In this document: piece after piece, positions 1-4,465 of the stretch
Layout of the letters: each line of letters begins with the position of its first letter
How positions within the stretch are numbered: position 1 is the first letter of the stretch
From: a virus
Virus record (IMG/VR): IMGVR_UViG_3300045988_011343
Coordinates: 1 to 5,039 of that record
Strand: one strand, 5' to 3'
Length of the DNA stretch: 5,039 bases
Made by a program: the position numbers and the translations under genes
Notes under the pieces: model-generated
Databases searched by the model: none
The model's input: only the letters and a program-made list of their open reading frames with translations
What the model was told of the DNA's origin: nothing

Positions 1-55
1 CATGAAGTTCACCATATTCACCACAGCCGAGAAAGCGAATACCACTGCCATACTC
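1..55. repeat. Terminal redundancy, copy 1 (identical to 4985-5039); circular-assembly overlap
   Basis: Base-by-base comparison: catgaagttcaccatattcaccacagccgagaaagcgaataccactgccatactc occurs at 1-55 and again at 4985-5039. Confidence 0.97.
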
Positions 56-376
56 ACGGCGAAGATTTTTCATGAAAGTCTGATGAAATTTTTTGCTTAA
101 ACTTCTATCTGACGGCAAATGATAATCGTCGAACGTGCAAGTAACGAAGTAAGCTGAAGACGAAGTACGGGCTTCGTGAACAGCTCTGACAGCCCATTGA
201 CGAGAATTTTCAAGCCGACAGCCGATACATTGTTTGCAAGAGCAACGAATGAAACGGCTATCATTAGCAAGCTCAGGGTGGGAAGCAAGGCTGCCGTAGA
301 AGCTATAATGCTGCTTGCCATTTTTCGTGGTAGCTCCTTCGACCGGGTACATGAGGATAGGATTATAACACACCAT
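1..376 (-). CDS. VP4: Replication initiation protein VP4 (HUH rolling-circle Rep), N-terminal part; continues at 4984 on the circle
   Basis: My own translation of the - strand, frame open to the window edge (absent from the ORF track because no stop lies in the window): MVCYNPILMYPVEGATTKNGKQHYSFYGSLASHPELANDSRFIRCSCKQCIGCRLENSRQWAVRAVHEARTSSSAYFVTCTFDDYHLPSDRSLSKKFHQTFMKNLRREYGSGIRFLGCGEYGELHA.... The ATG is at 374-376, preceded by AGGTGA (382-387) with 5-nt spacing, and there is an in-frame stop upstream at 419-421. CxxCxGCRL...SR.WA and FVTCTFDD (Rep motif 1) are typical of gokushovirus VP4. Joined length is 376+536 = 912 nt, giving 303 aa plus a stop. Confidence 0.9.
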   Translation of the reverse strand, partial: MVCYNPILMYPVEGATTKNGKQHYSFYGSLASHPELANDSRFIRCSCKQCIGCRLENSRQWAVRAVHEARTSSSAYFVTCTFDDYHLPSDRSLSKKFHQTFMKNLRREYGSGIRFLGCGEYGELH

Positions 377-393
377 ATTGATCACCTGTACCG

Positions 394-422
394 ATTGTAT
401 CAGGATTAGATCAGAATGTCAA
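394..422 (-). promoter_or_regulatory. Sigma70/SigA-like promoter upstream of VP4: TTGACA-N17-TACAAT
   Basis: The - strand reads TTGACA (422-417), then a 17-nt spacer (416-400), then TACAAT (399-394), then cggtacAGGTGAtcaatATG. The -35 box overlaps the TGA stop of the Arg-rich ORF. Confidence 0.5.
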
Positions 423-529
423 ATCCTAAATCCACCTCGACCTACTCTTTTGAAATTTCTGCGGCGAGATTTGGAGGTGCGCCGAAAAAGACGGCGAGAA
501 CCACGCTTAGATAATTTTCGACGTCTCAT
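419..529 (-). CDS. 36-aa arginine-rich DNA-binding/packaging protein (phiX174 J-like; ORF8/VP8-like of gokushoviruses)
   Basis: This ORF is not in the supplied track because it is too short. ATG 527-529 to TGA 419-421 translates as MRRRKLSKRGSRRLFRRTSKSRRRNFKRVGRGGFRI. It has 14 Arg and 4 Lys (50% basic) and no acidic residues. GGAGG lies 8 nt upstream. Its ATG overlaps the TGA of the upstream ORF (ATGA). The position between VP2 and VP4, and an N-terminal MRRRK.SKR..RR.F..T with a C-terminal RGG(F/I)R(I/L), match the small basic proteins I recall from gokushoviruses. Confidence 0.8.
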   Translation of the reverse strand: MRRRKLSKRGSRRLFRRTSKSRRRNFKRVGRGGFRI

Positions 530-765
530 TTATCGTCCCTCCAGGAACCGAAAAAACGGCTAGTTTTCTTAGAATCGCTCTTATTAACAACCGGCTCAAC
601 AAGTTGCGCAACATCGGTCTGAAAGTCCGAAGCAACTTTTTTCGCAGTGACAGTATTTGAAGAAGCTCTACCTTTCAATGCTTCAATCAAGTCTACAACT
701 TCCTGAATGAAAGGAACAACAACAGTGACGATGAAAGTCAGAATCATAGTAGTTTTGTTGGACAT
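526..765 (-). CDS. 79-aa hypothetical protein with a single N-terminal transmembrane helix (function unknown; candidate lysis or membrane protein)
   Basis: MSNKTTMILTFIVTVVVPFIQEVVDLIEALKGRASSNTVTAKKVASDFQTDVAQLVEPVVNKSDSKKTSRFFGSWRDDK. The ATG at 763-765 is preceded by AGGAG (774-778) with 8-nt spacing, directly after the VP2 stop TAA (779-781). A hydrophobic stretch at about residues 6-20 is followed by a charged tail. The track's 102-aa version starts at a TTG inside VP2 with no SD, so I use the ATG. The stop is TGA at 526-528. Confidence 0.7.
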   Translation of the reverse strand: MSNKTTMILTFIVTVVVPFIQEVVDLIEALKGRASSNTVTAKKVASDFQTDVAQLVEPVVNKSDSKKTSRFFGSWRDDK

Positions 766-778
766 ATATACCACTCCT

Positions 779-1465
779 TTATTTAAAAATATAACCAATA
801 CCACGAAGAATATGGCCAAGGCCTGAATTGCCAACGCCTAACGAGTCATAGAAATCAGCTTCCTGCTTCGAAAGACGAGCATTCTGGGAAGCGAAGCTCG
901 CGGCAGAATTAGACTGATTAGCTGAAGCTATATTAGAAAGTATGCCTGAAGAAAGATAGGATCCTTGAAGTCTTAGATTCTGCAGTTCCTGATCCATACG
1001 CTGCAGCTCGTAGCCAAGACGTTTTTCGTATGTCTGCTCGCGAAGATTAAGATCGTTCGCGAGAATACCGTTTTCAAGAACTATACCATGGGTCCTCTGA
1101 CGCACAGAATCGGCTTCTGCGGCGTTTTTATCAATTTGCGAACCGGCAAGATGCTCGGCATTCTTCGCCTGGCGTTCAGCGGCACTAGCGGATCTAGCAG
1201 AGTTCATAGTAGAACCGATATCACTCATGCCAACAGAAGCAGCTGAAGCTCCAGCTATAGAACCGCCTATACCATTAGTGGCAGCAAGAATAGGATTGAG
1301 ACCAGCTTGGCGCATATCATCGACAGCCCACTGATAACGATGTTTATAGTTCTCGACGTTCCAAGCGTTAGCCTGTGCGGCATTAGCGGAATTATAATGG
1401 TTCTGGACTGCAGAGTCCAGAACAGAACCAGCAACACTACCTAATGTATCGGAGAGCCATGACAT
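779..1465 (-). CDS. VP2: Minor capsid / DNA pilot protein VP2
   Basis: The 228-aa ORF has its ATG at 1463-1465, with AGGAG 8 nt upstream and 10 nt after the VP1 stop. The N-terminal third contains ...NVENYKHRYQWAVDDMRQAGLNPILAA..., the RYQ..V.DM..AGLNP.LA signature of gokushovirus VP2. The rest is low-complexity A/S/G/N/Q-rich, as is usual for VP2. Confidence 0.88.
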   Translation of the reverse strand: MSWLSDTLGSVAGSVLDSAVQNHYNSANAAQANAWNVENYKHRYQWAVDDMRQAGLNPILAATNGIGGSIAGASAASVGMSDIGSTMNSARSASAAERQAKNAEHLAGSQIDKNAAEADSVRQRTHGIVLENGILANDLNLREQTYEKRLGYELQRMDQELQNLRLQGSYLSSGILSNIASANQSNSAASFASQNARLSKQEADFYDSLGVGNSGLGHILRGIGYIFK

Positions 1466-1480
1466 ATAACCAACTCCTTT

Positions 1481-3205
1481 CTAGAAATGGTCAACAAGGC
1501 CGGGCGTACCGAACATAGGCATAGGACGCACAGTAGTATAACGGAAGCCTATGTCGAGCAAGAACTCAGGCTCACTGGGAACAGCGATAACGCGATCAAT
1601 AGGCGGGTTTTCAACAATAAACTCTTCGTTGAGAGTAGGAGCGTTTTTGAAAAACTGCGACAGGTGCCATAGGTCAAGATTACCACCAGTTACAGAGCTA
1701 CGGAATTTTCCCGTAATCTGCGAAGGTTTATAGCGGTATTCGGCATAACGTTCTTGATATCCAAAAACAGTAGTATCAGCTTCAGTACCCTGCGCATAAA
1801 TCTCACGAAGTTCAATAGCCTGTTCACCAAGATGGGCGAATGTCGGCCAATAGAAATCGTATACCGTAGAACGAAGCCACATCTTATTGATGCCTTGCTG
1901 ATAAGTTAAATCGGCACGGGCACAGACGAAGCCTATAATATAGCCATGCTCGACGAAAGATTTGGTGAAACCATGGAACTTAGAAGCAGTAACACCATAA
2001 GCTGAAAGATTACCTTGAGGGGAAGTGTCATCGGTCGCGGAAGTCTGAGCGATTGGATTAACGTTAACCATCTTCGTGAAACTACCGAGGAACTCAGGAC
2101 GCTGAAGACGAGCGTCCGGAGAAACAACGCCGAAGAAAGAGCGAAGCACTTCTGTATAACGGCTACCACCACGAGCAAGGCGTTCATAGAACTTCTGCAT
2201 CTGAAAAGCAGTACGAAGACTGTTAATCGTGAAAATGCTAGAGGAATCCAAATCAGCGTAAGCAGATTTAGAAAGCCATGAAGAACCGGGTTGGGCAGTG
2301 ACAGTAGCTAAACCGGAGCCATTCACAGAATGACCAGCTATAGAGACGCTATAACCACCTTGGTAGTTCAATGTGCCGTTTCCGGTATAGACACTATGAA
2401 CGCCGCCATCTTCAGACAGCTGAGCAGCGCCTAAGCTATTATTAGACTGCTGAACGAAATAGCCTGAAACAGGCGAAGGGTCAACTAGAGTAGCGGTACC
2501 GGCCAGGCCTATAGATACACCGGGTCCTTTCTGTGTCCAGGGAAGGGCCGAAGTAAAGTAATCATGGCGCTTACCACGAGGGGGGCACGCGAAGCCAGGA
2601 TAAGCATCAGTGGAAGAAGAATTAACAACCCAAGAAGGTTGCTCAGAAAGACGACTAATGTCAATCACTCGATTAGCGTCGCCTTTTTCGATTTTCACAG
2701 ATTTCTGCAGGTTTTCATCTCGAAACCATTCGTTCCAGATTAGATAGACGGCGCGAAATGGAAGAGCATTAATGCCGGACAAATTATTGATGGTGTTGAC
2801 AGGAAGGCCGAAATAGTCCCATAGAGAACCGACCAGTGAATTATTAATAGAACTAGAAGCGGAAATAGTTGGGATGACGTAATCAGTACTATCATCAGGG
2901 TCTTCCTGCTCAAAACAGAAGTTCTGCCAATGTTCCCATACTAGGCGGTTGGGGACGAAGAAGAAGAACCAATCGAGATATATATTGTCCATAATAGGCT
3001 TAACCGGGGTAGCTAGGCGAGCGAAGTAATTGACAGACATCCTAGTAGTATCGCCAGGCAGTACTTCATCCACGAACACAGGGATAAGCTTTCCTGAATT
3101 GAAAGTTGTCTTATAGACGTGCGAGCGGTCGAACTTCGTCCTACGCATATACATTGCAGGAGCATCGCTGAAGCGATGTCCTCTAACTCGAATATTACGA
3201 GCCAA
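1481..3205 (-). CDS. VP1: Major capsid protein VP1 (phiX174 F-like jelly-roll with gokushovirus-type insertion loop)
   Basis: This is a 574-aa ORF. Conserved blocks are FDRSHVYKTTFNSGKLIPVFVDEVLPGDT, INSLRTAFQMQKFYERLARGGSRYTEVLRSFFGVVSPDARLQRPEFLG, and C-terminal VENPPIDRV. The start is TTG (3203-3205), preceded by AAGGTGA (3210-3216) 4 nt upstream. The N-terminal length before FDRSH (24 aa) fits the family. The stop is TAG at 1481-1483. Confidence 0.93.
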   Translation of the reverse strand: MARNIRVRGHRFSDAPAMYMRRTKFDRSHVYKTTFNSGKLIPVFVDEVLPGDTTRMSVNYFARLATPVKPIMDNIYLDWFFFFVPNRLVWEHWQNFCFEQEDPDDSTDYVIPTISASSSINNSLVGSLWDYFGLPVNTINNLSGINALPFRAVYLIWNEWFRDENLQKSVKIEKGDANRVIDISRLSEQPSWVVNSSSTDAYPGFACPPRGKRHDYFTSALPWTQKGPGVSIGLAGTATLVDPSPVSGYFVQQSNNSLGAAQLSEDGGVHSVYTGNGTLNYQGGYSVSIAGHSVNGSGLATVTAQPGSSWLSKSAYADLDSSSIFTINSLRTAFQMQKFYERLARGGSRYTEVLRSFFGVVSPDARLQRPEFLGSFTKMVNVNPIAQTSATDDTSPQGNLSAYGVTASKFHGFTKSFVEHGYIIGFVCARADLTYQQGINKMWLRSTVYDFYWPTFAHLGEQAIELREIYAQGTEADTTVFGYQERYAEYRYKPSQITGKFRSSVTGGNLDLWHLSQFFKNAPTLNEEFIVENPPIDRVIAVPSEPEFLLDIGFRYTTVRPMPMFGTPGLVDHF

Positions 3206-3227
3206 TTTCTCACCTTCTTTGAATTGT

Positions 3228-3267
3228 AAACCTAAGAATTATACTAAAGCAAATCATTCTTAGGTTT
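3228..3267 (-). other. AT-rich stem-loop B in the VP3-VP1 spacer (12-bp perfect stem, 16-nt loop)
   Basis: AAACCTAAGAAT (3228-3239) is the exact reverse complement of ATTCTTAGGTTT (3256-3267). The loop is tatactaaagcaaatc. Confidence 0.6.
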
Positions 3268-3279
3268 TAGTTTATTTTT

Positions 3280-3328
3280 GCGTCACCTACGCCAGTTACA
3301 TCAAGTAAGTAACTGGCTTCGGTGACGC
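3280..3328 (-). other. GC-rich interrupted stem-loop A directly after the VP3 stop (8 bp + 3x3 internal loop + 9 bp, 9-nt loop)
   Basis: The - strand reads GCGTCACC gaa GCCAGTTAC ttacttgat GTAACTGGC gta GGTGACGC. Arm pairs are 3280-3287/3321-3328 and 3291-3299/3309-3317. On the coding strand it is followed by AAAAATAAA, not a U-run, so it is not a canonical intrinsic terminator. Confidence 0.75.
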
Positions 3329-3811
3329 CTATTTGGGTGTTTCTTCATTATTATGTTCTAAAGTGTTACTTTTTTCTTGTGTTTGTTCACTATTTACGGA
3401 CTGTTGTGGTTTATCAAAGGTACGATTGCTACCATACAGACCTTGTTGTTGAAGATAATCGAGCGTTTCAGGATTGTTCAACTGGCTGATGAAATTCATT
3501 GGATCATGACCGAATTTAGCACGAACGTAAGCGGGCAGGCTATAGAATTCTTCACGAACTCCAGAGACAAGTTCGAGAGCAGTACTGTAGTCACCGGGAA
3601 GCGTTGCATCTCCGAACTGCAGATAAGCGTATTGCGAACTATCGCCGAGATCCAGAGTGGCTATACCTTTCTGACCATCTGCATACTTATTGACGATGTA
3701 GTTGATATCAGTTTCATCCTTTTCATCCTGAATCGTAAGGGAGGGCATAGTGAATTCAATGCCGCAATGGTCATGTCCTTCTACAGGATCGTAAGCTGTT
3801 TTGAACTTCAT
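3329..3811 (-). CDS. VP3: Internal scaffolding protein VP3
   Basis: MKFKTAYDPVEGHDHCGIEFTMPSLTIQDEKDETDINYIVNKY...LPAYVRAKFGHDPMNFISQL...: 160 aa counted from the ATG at 3809-3811. The consensus SD AAGGAGGTGA (3817-3826) lies 5 nt upstream. The track's GTG start at 3820 sits inside that SD, so I reject it. The MKFKT.YD start, the SLT.QD..DE.DIN.I block and LPA..R..F..DP..F are typical of the VP3 scaffold of Chlamydia-phage-type microviruses. The stop is TAG at 3329-3331. Confidence 0.85.
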   Translation of the reverse strand: MKFKTAYDPVEGHDHCGIEFTMPSLTIQDEKDETDINYIVNKYADGQKGIATLDLGDSSQYAYLQFGDATLPGDYSTALELVSGVREEFYSLPAYVRAKFGHDPMNFISQLNNPETLDYLQQQGLYGSNRTFDKPQQSVNSEQTQEKSNTLEHNNEETPK

Positions 3812-3861
3812 AATTTTCACCTCCTTTCGCAGGCGCCTAGACGCGGCGGGCGTAGCGCATC

Positions 3862-3896
3862 AAAAAAAGGGCGATCTCCGTGAGATCGTCCTTTTT
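3862..3896 (-). terminator. Rho-independent terminator-like hairpin between VP5 and VP3
   Basis: The - strand reads aaaaaGGACGATCTCacgGAGATCGCCCTTTTTTT. It has a 10-position stem with one A.C mismatch and is followed by a run of 7 T (3862-3868). An A-run on the other flank gives it a bidirectional shape. Confidence 0.6.
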
Positions 3897-3913
3897 CTGA
3901 TACGCTCTACATT

Positions 3914-3942
3914 ATAGTATCATTTAGTCGAGTCATTGTCAA
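3914..3942 (-). promoter_or_regulatory. Sigma70/SigA-like promoter at the 3' end of VP5, pointing into VP3-VP1-VP2: TTGACA-N17-TACTAT(AAT)
   Basis: The - strand reads TTGACA (3942-3937), then a 17-nt spacer (3936-3920) containing the VP5 stop, then TACTAT (3919-3914). This overlaps a perfect TATAAT (3916-3911) at 20-nt spacing. Confidence 0.45.
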
Positions 3943-4210
3943 GATCCAATACATAATCTACGGCGCGACCAACCATAACAGGAATGCGGGATTCGTCAGA
4001 ACCTTCAATATAATAACGGCCATTAATATCGCCAAGGTTACCGACATAATATAAACTAAAGTCTTCAGGATAGCTATTAATAAGCGTTTTATCATCGTTA
4101 ACTAAACCTTCGAAAGCTCGCAGCGCAAGCATGTCATTGTGGTAGACCTGTGGAGGGCTGAACTGTTCAGCCTTGGAGTCATAAATGGAATAGAGTCTCA
4201 GCGGAACCAT
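3920..4210 (-). CDS. VP5: VP5-like small non-structural protein
   Basis: 96 aa: MVPLRLYSIYDSKAEQFSPPQVYHNDMLALRAFEGLVNDDKTLINSYPEDFSLYYVGNLGD.... The pattern Y.(I/V)YD.K.E.F..P......A.R.F...VN......P.D(F/Y).L(F/Y)..G matches gokushovirus VP5/ORF5 proteins as I recall them, and the position between VP4 and VP3 is canonical. The start is uncertain. AGGAG (4211-4215) abuts the ATG (4208-4210) with 0-nt spacing. An in-frame CTG at 4199-4201 sits 9 nt from the SD. Confidence 0.75.
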   Translation of the reverse strand: MVPLRLYSIYDSKAEQFSPPQVYHNDMLALRAFEGLVNDDKTLINSYPEDFSLYYVGNLGDINGRYYIEGSDESRIPVMVGRAVDYVLDLDNDSTK

Positions 4211-4418
4211 CTCCTTTTCTAAATGCGACTAAATACCTACGAATCATGAGATATAGCGTAGCTGATATGACATAATAGTCATCATCAAGGCGAATAACTC
4301 TAGAATCATCAGGCTTAAGGCGGTACGCGGCATATTTGCTGCCGCGAAAAGAATAATTAAATAGAATATTACGCTTGTTACAGAAATTTTCAACAGATTC
4401 CAATTCACTAATAGGCAT
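4179..4418 (-). CDS. 79-aa hypothetical protein between VP4 and VP5 (no recognisable family)
   Basis: MPISELESVENFCNKRNILFNYSFRGSKYAAYRLKPDDSRVIRLDDDYYVISATLYLMIRRYLVAFRKGDGSAETLFHL. It lies on the coding strand and fills the VP4-VP5 gap. The ATG is at 4416-4418, with GAGGTG (4419-4424) abutting it. Its last 32 nt overlap the VP5 start. There is no motif I can name. Confidence 0.5.
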   Translation of the reverse strand: MPISELESVENFCNKRNILFNYSFRGSKYAAYRLKPDDSRVIRLDDDYYVISATLYLMIRRYLVAFRKGDGSAETLFHL

Positions 4419-4436
4419 CACCTCATTTCTGATTTA

Positions 4437-4465
4437 ATGATAACACAGTCATAATACATTGTCAA
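4437..4465 (-). promoter_or_regulatory. Sigma70/SigA-like promoter at the 3' end of VP4: TTGACA-N17-TATCAT
   Basis: The - strand reads TTGACA (4465-4460), then a 17-nt spacer (4459-4443) containing the VP4 stop, then TATCAT (4442-4437), then taaatcagaaatGAGGTGATG (start of the 79-aa ORF). Confidence 0.45.

Noticed and set aside
1-55. 55-nt direct terminal repeat as a biological terminal repeat, LTR or att site
   Set aside because: It lies in the middle of the Rep reading frame and restores that frame only if collapsed to one copy. This is the classic signature of a circular contig assembled with overlap.
462-499. Direct repeat cggcgaga at 462-469 and 492-499
   Set aside because: Both copies lie inside the Arg-rich ORF and encode Ser-Arg-Arg (TCT CGC CG). 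This is a coding consequence of low-complexity basic sequence, not an independent regulatory repeat.
378-563. 61-aa very basic + strand ORF (…RRDLEVRRKRRREPRLDNFRR…)
   Set aside because: It is the antisense shadow of the - strand Arg-rich J-like ORF, because CGN/AGR codons read as Arg-rich on both strands. It has no SD, lies on the non-coding strand of a phage family transcribed from one strand, and spans three - strand features.
526-834. 102-aa version of the small membrane ORF given in the track
   Set aside because: The extension starts at a TTG inside the VP2 coding region without an SD. The ATG at 763-765 has AGGAG at the same 8-nt spacing as the VP2 start, right after the VP2 stop.
176-2281. 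Other + strand ORFs (176..409, 1487..1672, 1551..1733, 2015..2281)
   Set aside because: All are antisense to VP4 or VP1, short, without SD, and without recognisable motifs.
2797-3034. + strand TTGACA hexamers (2797-2802, 3029-3034) and the coding-strand TTGACA at 2659-2664
   Set aside because: None has a TAnnnT-type -10 box at 16-18 nt, and all lie deep inside VP1.
3238-3243. Perfect TATAAT on the coding strand inside the hairpin B loop/stem, upstream of VP1
   Set aside because: There is no acceptable -35 box at 16-18 nt (aaccta, acctaa or aaacct), and it lies within a stem-loop. I do not call it a promoter.
3280-3328. Hairpin A as a rho-independent terminator
   Set aside because: On the coding strand it is followed by AAAAATAAA, not a U-tract. 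On the + strand the T-run precedes rather than follows the stem. I keep it as a structural or origin candidate instead.
3812-3820. GTG start (3818-3820) for VP3 giving MKIMKFK…
   Set aside because: The GTG lies inside the AAGGAGGTGA SD itself. The ATG 9 nt downstream has ideal 5-nt spacing and gives the family-typical MKFKT N-terminus.
3377-3883. 168-aa + strand ORF, the longest ORF on that strand
   Set aside because: It is exactly antisense to VP3, starts at TTG with no SD, and runs through the VP3 SD, the GC block and the terminator stem. Its sequence has no recognisable motif. It is best explained as an antisense open frame.
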